A DNA stretch of 64,000 nucleotides from Octopus vulgaris (Eukaryota), in the NCBI GenBank assembly GCA_951406725.2, contig OX597822.1, positions 9,300,001-9,364,000 on the forward strand. The letters are read 5' to 3'. The notes beneath the pieces were generated by a model that searched no databases, was not told where the DNA came from, and worked only from the letters and a program-made list of their open reading frames with translations. Below, piece after piece: positions 1 through 13,549 of this stretch (position 1 is its first letter; each line of letters begins with the position of its first letter). A program made the position numbers and the translations under genes.

Positions 1-992
1 ACATAAATACACACACACGCATGCACACAAACACGCAAACACACACACACACACATGTACACACTTATATACGCGCGCGCACAATCAATCGCTTCATGTG
101 GTTGAAGTATCTGCAAATCTTCAATTGATTCACTTGATAATGCTGCCAATAGTTTCCCTTTTAGATGAAAATACGTGAGAATATACGAGAATATACGAAA
201 TGACTATGTAGGAAATAAAAACAAATAAACAGTTCAGAGGAGGGGACTTATAAAATTTCTTAGTTGTTATTTGCCTCGCACTGGTCGTGGATTTCGCAAA
301 TATTTCTGCTCATTATAGATTAATTGCACCTCTAATTATCTTATGCATGAACGTTCATTAAAATCTATGTTTATGAATAAATATATCATCATGTTTATAA
401 ATAAATATATGTGTTTGGCTGAAGTTTGAGCAATATCCGAAACGTTGAAACTTGCTTATTTTTCCATTAAAGTGTTAAGCTAAAACTTTGTGGTAAAACC
501 ATTTTATTCTTGCCTTGTCTTTTTTCATATTATTTATTGTATTTATACTAAATGTGTTAGTTTCAACTTTTGGCACAAGACCAAGTCCGGAGAGGGAGAA
601 TGCGATTATATCGATCCCGGAACTCAACTAGTACTTACTTTATCGACCCCGAAAGCATGAAAAGCAAACTCGACGTCACATTGTGAGTGGATTTGGTAGA
701 CGGAAACTGAAAGAAGCCTGTTGTATATGTGTGTGTATGCGTGCGCCTGTGTGTGTGCGTGGGTATGTTTGTGTGTATGTGTTTGTCCTCCCCACTATAA
801 CTTGACAACCGATGATGGTATGTTTATGTCCCCGTAACGTAGCGGTTCGGCAAAAGTGACCGATAGAATAACTACTTGGCTTACAAACAATGGAGTCGAT
901 TTGTTCGAATAAAGACGGTGCTCCAGCATGGCCGCAGTCAAATGACTGAAACAAGTAAACAAATAAAAGAATATATATTAAAAACTAGTGCA

Positions 993-1072
<80 letters not shown>

Positions 1073-1829
1073 GTGTGTGTGTGTGTCTGTGTTAACAGTC
1101 TTCTTCCATGGCTTCATATTCTAGTTTATATCTTTGGTAGAATAACACCTGAAGTGATAGCAACTGTTTAAGAATACGAATTGACGTAAGCTTACCTAAT
1201 AATTTATGTAGCGGATATGTATTTCAATTAAACCACGTTATTGAAACAGATGTAATGATGTTTTACACTATCCATTCAAGATGCATATATCTCGACAACT
1301 TTCTAATGTCAGTTTTAAGGATACCGCCTCACCAGGTTAGACACGCATTTAAACTCACATTAGACTTACTTCTTTCAAACACATCTCGTAGTTATTTATT
1401 CTTGCATGTTCTAGATAGCAATTATTCCCAAGATAAAAACATTAGCAATATTCAACATTAGCAATATTCCTATTCTTCTTTTGGCAAGAATTATCTGATA
1501 TATTCGACTCTTGCCTTTAAAGCTACATAACCTAGCTTCTAAGTATGAAGTTTCTCTTGTCCTTTAAACCTTTTCTTTATTTTCTCGTAATTTTTCACGA
1601 GTCTGAAGCATTACATAAAATATTGCACTTTCCGAGCATGAAACTTGAAGTAGGTCAGATAAATCATCCGCATTCATTAAATATTATATATGTCTGTGTT
1701 TGCGTGTGTGGTGTATGTGTGTGCGCGCGTGTGTGTGTGCGTATGTATTTATGTGTGTGTTAATGTATGTGCGCGCGCGCGTGTGTGTGAGAGCTTTTGT
1801 GTGTAGTGTAGTATAGTGAAAGACATAGA

Positions 1830-2800
1830 GAAATATTCGTCTAAGTATGTATTGACTACATTATTTTGCTGAGGGGCATTAAAGGGCATATAAGACCTAC
1901 ATTTCCAGTCATGTAAAAACAAAAAAAAGACTTGATTTACTGCTCCACTACTTGAAGATTTCGTTTTGCAACACTGTGCCTGGAACAAATATAAAATTAC
2001 AAAGACAAAAATATCCCATTTCATATTCGACTGATCGTAGATAATGCGCCTTGTCATCTAAAATCTCTATAGCATTACCATCCATATGTTAGCTTACTGC
2101 TTATGACGCCAAATACGTGACTTTTGCAACTAAAAGATCAATGTATTATTGCAACGATATTGCAACATTTAATGTGTTATATCCTTGGCGCACATTTGTT
2201 CAGTAACAAATGTTATTGATGAGAAAAGAGGGCCAACTCTAAAGGAAATTTAGAAATCCTTCAATGGTTTGGAAGCAGTAAAAATAATGAAAGGAACCAG
2301 GAACAAATTACAGAGACAAAATATGAAAGACTCTTGGAACAAACTCTGCCCTCAATTTATTGATAATGGCATTTGAAGAACCAGCAGATGTTGTTCGAAA
2401 TGAAACAGTAGCGATCGATGATATTACTAATCAATTGCACCTTCATGTTTCTACGAATGACAAATGATCTGTATCAGTCGCACAAGCAAGAGCTCACAAA
2501 GGAAGACATCATTAAAATGAAAAGCTTGATGAGATGAAGAATTAGATCTAAAAAAAAAAATTAGAGACTCCTGTTTACTTCTTCACTCTTAAAGGGTTGC
2601 TTGATAAAACTTTTTCATACGTTCAAAAACCAACGCAGATTTTCGTGTCCAAAGACTTATATTTCGAGGCCAATAAAATAATTACAGACTATTCCAGAAG
2701 CTAGATTTAAATAAATCTGTTAACGTGTGTTAACGGGAAATCTATAAACAGTTACACAAAAAGAAGTCATCGAAGCAAAGAATTGTTGAAGAAACTGTGC
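1830..2800 (+). mobile_element. Decayed pogo/Tigger-like transposase relic
   Basis: Translation across stops and frameshifts gives IVDNAPCH, a TPNT..LLQLKDQCII match to the PPNTTSLLQPMDQGII motif, WNKLCPQF and ELTKEDII. No TIRs located. Confidence 0.7.
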
Positions 2801-4093
2801 AGAAAAGTGACTCCAACGTCAAAGGAACCAAACACGGCAAAGCAACAAAATTAAAGCGATATTTCATTATGATTTTCTAAGCCTAAAATATTACTTAATT
2901 GCTCCTTAAGTAATTTTGGAGACCAAATATCTTCAGCAAGACTGAAAGTATCACTTATAATACTATTTCTATAATACTATTTCTAAGTGAATTAGCCTCC
3001 TTCTTGAAGGTCTTTTAACGATTGAACATTTGAGATCAATTGAAACGTTACGTTCTATAGACACGTACATGCATACATTCTTACACACACACCACACACA
3101 CACGCACACACACACACCACACACACACATATATAGATTCAGATGAATATGGTACTTAAGGCACCAGAATTTAGTACGGTATTACTCTTTTAATCTTTTA
3201 CTTGTTTCAGTCATTTGACTGCGGCCATGCTGGAGCACCGCCTTATAATTTCAAAATGAGGTGATTAAAATCAAAATAAGCAACAAGGATATCCAGAGGT
3301 AATGCAGTACGATTGTTTCACGCAACTCCATTCAATTGAACAATGCAACGATTTCATCATTACATCAATGAAGTGTATGTAATACAATAAGCCCCCACAG
3401 ATCTCCGCTTACTTTGAAAGCTTGCTGTTGAGGTGATCACATCAAATGGGGCGTTATACCTGTTAATCTGCTATATATATCTCAAGTAAATTATTATACT
3501 AAAGGCTCCTTTAATTCATTATGTGTGACTTCCAGTCTAATCTTACCACTCGCTTTCATCTAACCCTTCCCATCATGTCCTATGAGGAAGCTGCTATATC
3601 CTCAAATTCAAAAAATTTTGATAGCATCCTATTTCAATCATCTTACTCCCGCGTGCAGTAGAAGCTGTGTATGAATAGCTTCCACTTCCATGAAAGAACA
3701 GAGTGAAGAAAGCTATCTTGATATTAACGGCCTGCTCTTGATGTAATTGATCCATTCTGACAGTCACATTTAGTGCTTCTTTTATAATCCTTTATAGTCA
3801 AAGAGTTAATGATTTTAAAATTATGAATTCCCCGTGTAAAGAAGGAAAAAATAATACAGGGTAATTTTGCCTGATCAGTGCGGAGAATTCATTGAACTTT
3901 TTCGTTACATACAGGGCACTGGCCATGCAGGTGCTGATACATGCTTTCTATGGGAAATCATGATAACAGAAATAAATATTCACAGCATTAGAAAAATTCC
4001 ATGATCAGACTCCAGAGTGACACACGTTGGTTTTCGCCGGTCAGATTTGTTTAGAAAAGTCGACAGAAAGTCTGTAGAGGAGTTACCGTGATG

Positions 4094-4124
4094 GACGTGA
4101 ATTCAAGTTTCGGACACTCTTCAG
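4094..4124 (-). ncRNA. Hammerhead-like core (degenerate) next to (TA)n
   Basis: Minus strand reads CUGAAGA-G-UGUC-C-GAAAC-UUGAAUUCAC-GUC. Stem II is 1 bp and no stem I pairing is visible. Confidence 0.35.
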
Positions 4125-4185
4125 GAAAAAGTTGACGGAAGAGAAATTAATGAGAAACAGCAGAGTTCTATATCCTTTATGTACA

Positions 4186-4274
<89 letters not shown>

Positions 4275-4385
4275 TACAAACACACACACGTACATACATA
4301 TATATATATATTATATTGGTAAAAACGGTAAGATAACAAAAGAAAGAAAGAGACCTCAATATTATGTAAATCGAGGAAATTTATC

Positions 4386-4476
4386 TGTAAAATAATATGT
4401 GACAATTATTCAATAGCCAAGATAAAACTCTGAGTTTTATCTTGGCTATTGAATAATTGTCACAAATCATTTTACA
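4386..4476. repeat. Fold-back palindrome, 45-bp arms, 1-nt spacer
   Basis: tgtaaaataatatgtgacaattattcaatagccaagataaaactc-t-gagttttatcttggctattgaataattgtcacaaatcattttaca, lying between (TA)n tracts. Confidence 0.95.
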
Positions 4477-4483
4477 CACACAC

Positions 4484-4562
<79 letters not shown>

Positions 4563-5329
4563 TTGTCGATGTTAATAAAGTATATCTTCGCATTTTGCTG
4601 ATTCTGGAATTGCAAAATGAAAATTATTCTATGATGTTTCTATTACAGACAGATCGATTGGACGTTCAAAGTTACCAGGGCTCGATGGATTTCCTTGTTT
4701 AAACACATCTTATTGAGTCGTTCATCTAATTAGTATAGAGTAAGTTCTCATATCTTGTCACATGTTTTATGCATCCACTAACAGTGCTATGCAACTAAGG
4801 AGTTGTTGCTTTTTTTTTTCTCACGTTCTTCGCCAAACCGAAGATACACACTTTTACAACATATGAGTAAAATTACTAACTCGGCAACTGAATGTGATTC
4901 AAAACTTTTGCCATGATTTATGCAACAGCGTGACTTGCTTCTTGTGCTTTGTCCGAAATAATTATAGGTTTGATAAATTATTAAGCCTGACGAGTTCCAT
5001 CGGTCATGAGCCTTCGAAAGAATTCAATAGATTGCTTGTATCAGTCATGAGGCTTTGTCCTGAAGGTGTGTTTTCAGCATACTTGGAAACCTCGCTTGGT
5101 CAGGCAATTTCTCAATACAAGCAACACACACACAAGCTGTGACAGCATTTCTTTTGATAAAATAAATCCAAGAACAAATAGTTTTTTATTATCCTGGCGC
5201 ACTTCGCTTTTGGAACCAATACCAACATCGACATCACTTTGTGAATTAAGTACTACTATATCATCTACATTTGATTCGTTGCCATCATTGAAATTGTCCA
5301 CGTCCTTGTAAATACGAAATACCAACAAA

Positions 5330-5575
5330 GGTAACTAAATTTAGAAATGACAATGTTAAAAGCCTGTATAGTTGCTGACAGAACTACATTCAAATGCCTG
5401 GGCACAATTGGAATCATTGAGATGAACGGATCTATTTTACTCGATAATTCGCAGTGAGATTTATTGACTGTCATGGCGAACGCCATTCGACCTGGAAACT
5501 GCAAGCGCGAAAGGTGAATGACAGAAGGCAGTCAAAAGGTCTCAGTTTAATTCTTAGCACAATGGCAGGTTTTCC
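5330..5575 (-). mobile_element. Helitron PIF1-like helicase C-terminal fragment
   Basis: Translation VLRIKLRPFD...RLQFPGRMAFAMTVNKS matches the RxQFPvrlAFAMTINKSQG motif of Helitron helicases. Confidence 0.75.
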
Positions 5576-5949
5576 AAAATGACCGACTTCCGTAACCAAC
5601 TTCAATCATGCTTTCATATAAATGGAATTCTTGTCCCATTGCAAGACCCATTAACCTTATTTAAATTTCGCATTAGCATCTCAACATATACTTTCCTCCA
5701 TATTGGAATACTTGAGTCGCCATTTCTTCTTCTTTTCCGTTTTTACTTTAATCTCTTTGTCTCATTTTTGTTGATAACATGTTTATCTTACCTTTTGAGT
5801 TGTAGTTTTATTCCTCCGTCTTTCTAATAATTCTTATTTAACTAATGTCTATCTTTACAGAAAGAACTTACCGAATATGTACGACGCCCCTCGTATGTGT
5901 ATATATATATGTATATATATATGTATATATGTATATATATATATATGTA

Positions 5950-6170
5950 TGTGTGTGTATGTTTGTGTGTTTGTCCCCCTAGCATTGCTTGACAACCGAT
6001 GCTGGTGTGTTTACGTCCCCGTCACTTAGCGGTTCGGCAAAAGAGACCGATAGAATAAGTACTGGGCTTACAAAGAATAAGTCCCGGGGTCGATTTGCTC
6101 GACAAAAGGTGGTGCTCCAGCATGGCCGCAGTCAAATGACTGAAACAAGTAAAAGAGTAAAATAGAGTAT
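5950..6170 (+). mobile_element. SINE family B, 3' half
   Basis: ttgacaaccgatgctggtgtg...gtgctccagcatggccgcagtcaaatgactgaaacaagtaaaagag, a sequence repeated many times in the window. Confidence 0.9.
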
Positions 6171-6185
6171 ATGTATATATATATG

Positions 6186-6216
<31 letters not shown>

Positions 6217-6229
6217 GTATATATATATG

Positions 6230-6261
<32 letters not shown>

Positions 6262-6859
6262 TGGTTAGTTATCTCACTTATATGTGTATTGTCGGTTAAA
6301 CTTACATTGTCTACTGTGTTTGCAGTAATACAAATATGAGTAGCAGAATATCTGAAAAACGTTTTCCTGGGAGATAAAATAACTGAGATTCAGAGAAAAG
6401 GAAAAGGAAATGAATAAAGCATATATGATTGTTCAGTACGAATATAGTATAGCATATGCATTTACGAAAGAAAAATAGAAATATGAAAATGCTTGTCATA
6501 TAATTTCAGCGACATGAATACGAGGAGACGTATAGCATGACATTGATGCAAAGGACTCACCACTGCCGCCATACATACAACATGCATGGTAAGTATAATA
6601 GCATGAAGATACCCAAGTAAATCGATTGGTGTCAAGGAAACACGCACACATACATATGCACATACATACGCACACACAAACGCTCTCTCTTTCACTTTCT
6701 CTTTGAATCACACAATCACACACACACATACACACACTTTGTAGTTAAAAGAGAGTAATAATGGAAAAGACGAAGCACTGAGAATTGAAGAATCTCAAGA
6801 TGAACGAAAGTAGTTATAAAAGAATACACTACGATGCTATTGCGAAACTTAAATAAGGT

Positions 6860-7170
6860 TAATGGGCATTACAGTAGGGACAAGGATTCCAGTAATCCAT
6901 TTATATGAGAGCATGATTGAAGTCGACATTGTTAGAGGAATTGATCATTTCGGAAAACCTGTCATTGTGTTACGAATTAAACTGAGACCTTACGACCCAA
7001 CTCTATCATTTATCTTTCGTGATAACAGTTTCCAGGTCAAATGATGTTCATCATGACATGCAATAAATCTCAATGTAAATCATTGCAGATAATAGGTCTG
7101 TTCTTCCCAGCGATTCCATTCGTGCCTAGACATTTGTATGTAATTCTGTTAACAACTACACAGGGTTCTG
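6860..7170 (+). mobile_element. Helitron PIF1-like helicase C-terminal fragment (frameshifted)
   Basis: GTRIPV...GKPVIVLRIKLRPYDPTLSF, then in another frame QFPGQMMFIMTCNKSQCKSLQIIGLF. Confidence 0.75.
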
Positions 7171-7974
7171 GCTTCTGAATCTAGTTACTGTTTTGTATTT
7201 CGTATTTTAAAAGAAGATAAATGTAGCTTCGAGGAGCCTGCATTGTTTGTGTTGAAAAATTGGGGTGGGGTGCAGACGATGCTTCCAAGTAAGCTGTTTG
7301 CTTTCTAAGAAGTATACAGATTCTTGGTAAAGGATTTCAGAGGTGAACTGAATTTAAAGTTATATTTAAGTTCGGAATTCAAAGCCTGGAAAGCAGGCAC
7401 ACACAGTAATGTTTTAGTATTAGAGATGTAAGTTACAAACAATTAATCCCATACAACTGATCTGGACAATATCAAATTCGAAACTACTTAACTCTTAAGC
7501 TGCCTAAATATTATAAATTTGTTTCTGCTGCAGAAATTCGCAGAAAACACGCGGGTCATACGCGACTCATATGAGTCGTAAAAAAGGAGGTTGAAAATGT
7601 CTGCATTATAGAATTAACGATATTTCATGATCATAAGATTAAGCAATAGAAAAAACGAGGTGTCTCCATTGATACTAAGTGTGGCCTGCGAAAAGTAAGA
7701 CTCATGATAGAAGGGACAAGTTATATAATGTAGTACCATACACTCATAAAAGAGACTAGATGTACACATCTGAATGCCTCCGATCCTTTATCTACTTATC
7801 TGAAATTGCAATGGGGTTAAACAACAGCAACGCCAACAACAACAACAACATGTGGGTATTCGGATAGCAAACCGCTTCATGGAATTCCTTAATTCACAGA
7901 CATATGCAAACTTACCTAATTGTTATTCCAGTCAATGCTCAGGCTTGAATTGCTTCAGACTATATATATATATA

Positions 7975-8452
7975 TAACTAATGTAGGATAAAATGTTTTT
8001 CGGGAAAAAAATGTTATCAATGGCCACCATATCAAAAAATACCTTTAAAGGTTAAATTTATAAATAATTTACAAATTGAGGGCAAAAGAAAAATTCTAAT
8101 TCCAAATATGCCTAAAAAAAGAGAAAAATTGTCAATAACCATTATAATTTATGCGTCTCGAAAAAAACCGATAGAAATTTCTAAAAAGTCCGTTATTACC
8201 GTATCGGTCCCAATTTCGGGGTTAATTCATAGGAATTTTCTCCTCTTCAGCGATAAATACGTGAGATATAAGTGAAATACTTACCCCGAAATACTTACCC
8301 AGAAATTGGGACCGATACGGTAATAACGGATTTTTTAGAAATTTCTATTGGTTTGTTTCGAGACACATAAATTATAATGGTTATTGACAATTTTTGTCTT
8401 TTTTTCGGCATATTTGGCATTAGAATATGTCTTTTGCCCTCATTTTGTAAAT

Positions 8453-8455
<3 letters not shown>
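7975..8455 (-). mobile_element. PLE-like terminal fragment with inverted partial copy, in (TA)n
   Basis: Inverted arms at about 8064-8223 and 8295-8455 with scattered mismatches, flanked by TA repeats, containing an HHR fold. Confidence 0.7.
8196..8256 (-). ncRNA. Type I hammerhead ribozyme candidate
   Basis: Stem I UUAUCG/CGGUAA; core CUGAAGA; stem II GGAG/CCCC (one mismatch); GAAA; stem III AUUGG-GA-CCGAU; cleavage triplet AUA. Confidence 0.75.
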
Positions 8456-8502
<47 letters not shown>

Positions 8503-8699
8503 TACATATATACATACATATATCTATATACATATATTTATGCATATATATATATATATACATATATATACATGCAATATATACTTACATATATATATAT
8601 ACATATACATATATATATACAACATACATATATATATATACATATATATGTATACATATATATACATACATGTACATATATATATACATATATATACAT

Positions 8700-8910
8700 A
8701 TACTCTATTTTACTCTTTTACTTGTTTCAGTCATTTGACTGCGGCCATGCTGGAGCACCACCTTTTGTCGAGCAAATCGACCCCGGGACTTATTCTTTGT
8801 AAGCCCAGTACTTATTCTATCGGTCTCTTTTGCCGAACCGCTAAGTGACGGGGACGTAAACACACCAGCATCGGTTGTCAAGCAATGCTAGGGGGACAAA
8901 CACACAAACA
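8700..8910 (-). mobile_element. SINE family B, 3' half
   Basis: Reverse complement of the copy at 5950-6170. Confidence 0.9.
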
Positions 8911-8947
8911 TACACACACATTCATATATATATTTATACATATATAC

Positions 8948-8988
<41 letters not shown>

Positions 8989-10252
8989 CGAGGGGCGTTC
9001 AATAAGTAATGCCCCTGACCCACTTCCCATAGCAGTAGAGCAACCAAACTTGCCAAAGTTATTAGTCTTTTTCTACATAGGAATCACCCAGAGTTACGCA
9101 TTTCTCCCATCGTTTGATGCAGCTCTGGAGACCGTTTTTGTAGAAGACCCCAGTTTGGTCCTCCAACCACGACCTGACTTCAGAAATCAAGGCTGCATAA
9201 TCTGGGAAACGCTTTCCCTTCAAAAACAACTTCATGGCTGGGAAGAGGTGAAAATCAGATGGGGGAGGAGTTCATAGCCGCCCGCCTGTGCTTCTGATCT
9301 GGCCACAAGCGAGTTGTGGACCGGAGCGTTGTCCTGCAGGAGGAGGATGCCTTTGCTGATCTTGCCCCGCCTCTTGATTTTGATAGTTTCTCTTAATTTC
9401 CTCAAAAGTGAAGCATAATAGGCTCCTGTAATTGTGGTACCTTTGTCAGGAAATCTGTCATCACTACTCCGTCCTGGTCCCAGAAGACTGTGAGCATGAC
9501 CTTGCCAGCGGAGGGCTACACCCTTGCCTTCTTTGGAGGAGGTGAGTCACGGTGATTCCACTGCATTGACTGGGCTTTGGTCTTTGGATCATAGTGATGG
9601 ACCCAGGTTTAATCCTGTGTAATCAGTCTTTTGAAAAATTTTGACTCATCTTCTTGGCACATCTCCAAATTCATCCCCGAGCACTCGACGCGTTCTTGCT
9701 TCTGGAAAGGTGTGAGCAACCTGGGAATCCATCTGGCAGACACCTTTTGCATATGCAAATGGTCATGAATAATAGTTTCCACAGACCCGGTTCTAATCTT
9801 GACCTCATGGGCTATTTGGCGAATAGTTATCCGTCGATCTTCCAAAATGGTAGCCTCAACTTGACGGACAGATACCTCATCAATGGCAGAAGGGGGTCGA
9901 CCAGATCTGGGAGCTGTTTCCACAGAGTTCCAACCATGTTTGAATCCACGATGCCATCGTTTTACAAGGTCATATGATGGGGCATCATCACCATAAGTTA
10001 CTTTCATTTCATCAAAAGTCTCCAGTGGTGTGCGTCCTTTCAAATACAAAAACCGGATCACTGCTCGATACTCAACTGGCTCCATTTCACACTTGACTCT
10101 GTTCAAACACCTGTAAATCAGAAACCACAATTAATTCAGAGTTGTAATTTGCTACTTAATCTATAGAGATATGAATAAATGGACATGCAAAATTTCAGCT
10201 AGATCAAACAACTGCAAGTGGGTCAGGGGCATTACTTATTGAACGCCCCTCG
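8989..10252 (-). mobile_element. Full-length mariner transposon (irritans-like), 37-bp perfect TIRs, TA TSD
   Basis: TIR cgaggggcgttcaataagtaatgcccctgacccactt at both ends; TA at 8987-8988 and 10253-10254. Confidence 0.95.
9062..10085 (-). pseudogene. Mariner transposase pseudogene
   Basis: MEPVEYRAVIRFLYLKG, ARWIPRLL, ITQD*TWVHHY (stop in place of E), LQDNAPVH, PSDFHLFP. The YSPDL motif is deleted and in-frame stops are present. Confidence 0.92.
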
Positions 10253-13200
10253 TATGTATACATATATATAAATATGTACGCACATATATACACACACATA
10301 TATATATATTTATATATATATATATATGGAACAGAAATTTTTTGTTATATATCATGATGGCCACTTTTTGCCAAACAAAACACGCGTACTATATATTCGT
10401 TCTTCTCTTCAGCTTTATTATTTTTCTTAATTTTGTTTTTCTGCAAAAATGGAATTTTTAAAGAATTCATTGACAATATCTTTTTTATATTTTCCTCATT
10501 TATTTATATAGGATGCCCTAGATTATCTCACGTAATAATATTCTTTAACACTCTTAAGACCGTTCGTGAATAAATGTATGTGTGTCAGTGTATGTGTGCA
10601 TGTGTGTGCATACATGTGCGTGCGTGTGTGTATTTCTCTTTTTATCCGTAATTATGTGACGCTCTTTCAGAGTAAGGGATGACATATCCTGAAAGACTAT
10701 CATATCATTAAAAGCACGCATTTATTCAGCAAGACACAAACTGCATGAACAAGTGTCCCTTTTCTTTCTGGCGTTCGTTTTGTATACACGTTCCGGGAAA
10801 TATGAAAAAATTCGACCTGAACAGACGAAGATATGGAAGCATGTATTTAAATACGGAAGCAAATCGCACGTAAATAAATAAATGTGTGTATCACACGAGG
10901 CAAGCACTTTAGAGGAAGATGTAGTTTCTTGACGAGGGGAATCTTGACCCAGTTGCTATGCCAAGCTGAAACCCTATTTTCTCACTTATAGCAGTAATAC
11001 GGTAAGCACTCCTACTATAAACGTCGCAGATCACAATACCATCTGTCATAAAACTTTTTGATATTATAAACGAAAAACTATGAATTTTGGAAAAGCAAAT
11101 AGGAAAGTAGAACTTTTGTCATCTAATGTCTATGAAATGAATATGAAACGAATATCATGACATCTCTATGAAAGACAAACCTCTCCTGTCACACACATAT
11201 ACATTCTGCATGGTAACTATAATAGAATGAAGGTATCATTCTTGTAAAGGATGAATCAAGTAGATCGTTTGATTTCTAGGAAAAACACACACACTTACAC
11301 ACACACTCACACTCCTCAAGCACACAGTGTCTTTCTTTGTCTTTCTCGCTCTCTTACACATACGCACAAACGAACATATACAGACTTTATTGCTAACAGT
11401 GTTGACAGTAAAAACAGACAAGACGAAGAGCTGGCAATTCGAGAATCCGTATGTGAACTAAAGCAGTTGAAAAAGCATAAATGTTGCAATATTACTGCTT
11501 ACAAATGGCGGCATTTTTACAGGAGAGTGGTCGAAGTTGATGCAATCGACTCTAGCAGATGACTGGTACGTATATTATCGATCGCAGAGAGACAAGTTTA
11601 TGTTGATGGAATTGAAATTCAAAAAAGAATTAGACTATAAGTATAGCGAGGCATTAATCCACTGTAACAGTGTCTACAGCACACCACACTACCCTATGAT
11701 AATATACTTCCGTGTTTGTCATTTCTTCACTTCGGTTGCTTTTGTTCTCTTTTACGTTCTCCTGTCTTATTCTTCGTTATGAATTCTTTTCCCTCTTGTT
11801 CTCACTGCTTCCAATTCAGCGCTATCAGTAAATGTCAGTAAGGACAGAGTTCTGAGTGCAACGGAATAAATATGCCACTAAAACTTATGTGTAATTTTGA
11901 ATGAAAACAGTCCACTGATAGTCGTCATGTGTGACTTTAGACGATCAATGTCTTGAATTGGTCATTCCTTATTACTACTGCAGTGGAAATCAAAAATTAT
12001 AGAAAAAATGAGCAAATTTGACAATAAACTATTTAAAGTATACGCCATTGTGAAAAGCAAGAATAAATTCTTGCTGGGAGGAGTTCCTCCACTCACTTGT
12101 GTAAACTGCTGTGTTGCTTATTAAGTTTTGTGTTCTCCTCCTGCATTCGTTTCTCGTTACTAAGAGTCCCCCTTTTCAACAAGATAAAACAATAAATATT
12201 TCATAATTTTCTATGACAAGAAAAATATATCACTCTCAAAGCACATTTGGCAAAAGAATCTTTTATGTAAGTCCACTAATTTTACATGGTCTAATATGGA
12301 AAGAGCAACCCTCTCATTTAATGGTTGAAAATAAAGCAATTTATGTTTGCCTGAGAAATATCATATCATAAACCATACATAACTGATAAGTGAGCAATTG
12401 GAAAACAAAACTAATTCCCAAAACAGACTGAAGTTCTTATTATTACTTTTCAATGCCTCAAGGCTTTTCTCATCTCTCTTCTCATCTCATCAAAATAAAG
12501 TATTTTAATTTGCGTCGTAGACTATCACTACTTTCGTCAGGTTACGTTATATAACTTATTTAGAGAGACACCTCTGTGGCTGCAACGTGCGTAAATACGT
12601 TCTGTTCCGTTTATTCAATGAATAAAGATAGTCAAGCAGTCGTAAATAACACATGTGTTTTAGACTTGGCACAATAAATAGAAAAGAAATCATAATAGCT
12701 TTATTTAGCGTCAGGATATTGGTTATATATGGCTGACTACTAAATTAAAAATCTGTGAACTGAAACAAAAGAGAAAGTTTGTATGTAAAAATAAATCTAT
12801 CGATCTCACCATTTATGATTTTACTTCTAAAAAATATGCCAGAAAAACAAAAAGCAAAAAGAATTTACAAAGCTTCTAAATCAAATTTATATATGCAATA
12901 GCGGATTGAAAAATTAAAGTTGATCGATATAAATTGCAAAATATGTATTCATACTTGGATACTTACCAAAGACACATGCATTCAAATACACACACACGCA
13001 CACACACACACATGCACAAACACACACAAACACACACAAACACACACAGATGAATCAAAATCAACTGAGCGTGTGAAAAGTGGCATATGGGAATTTATTC
13101 TACGTCTCTGTCAGCATCCGTTTGGCAGAGTGGTAAGAATGTCGTAGAGGATGCTTTCTCATAATTGTTCAAGTTTCCGGCGCATTGTGTTAAAATGCTG

Positions 13201-13549
13201 CCGAGGTCAGCTTAGCCTACCGTCGTTTTGGGATGGAAAAGTGAAGTAACAGTCCAATACTAATGTCAATCCTTCTATAACTCTTGTTCTTTGTTTTTGT
13301 GTCTGATCTCTCTTCTGGAAAAAAAATTTACTGAGTCCTTCCAGGTCTAAAAATATCCAAATCATGCATGGGTCACGAATGCGCCCTAATGCATATAAAA
13401 CACAGTTGAAAACTAATATTCAAGGCGGTGCCCCAGCATGGCCTCAGTCTAATAACTGAAACAGGTAAAAGGTAAAAGGTAAGGCAAAGGTAATAAATAT
13501 ATCATAACTAGATACACACATGCATACATGCATCTTTCAAAATGTGACC

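Noticed and set aside
412-452. CTGAAG...CCGAAACGTT hammerhead-like motif
   Set aside because: Core position 9 is wrong, and stems I and II do not pair convincingly.
3300-3380. Possible minus-strand HHR remnants in a repeat also seen near 52389
   Set aside because: No consistent core plus stems could be fitted.
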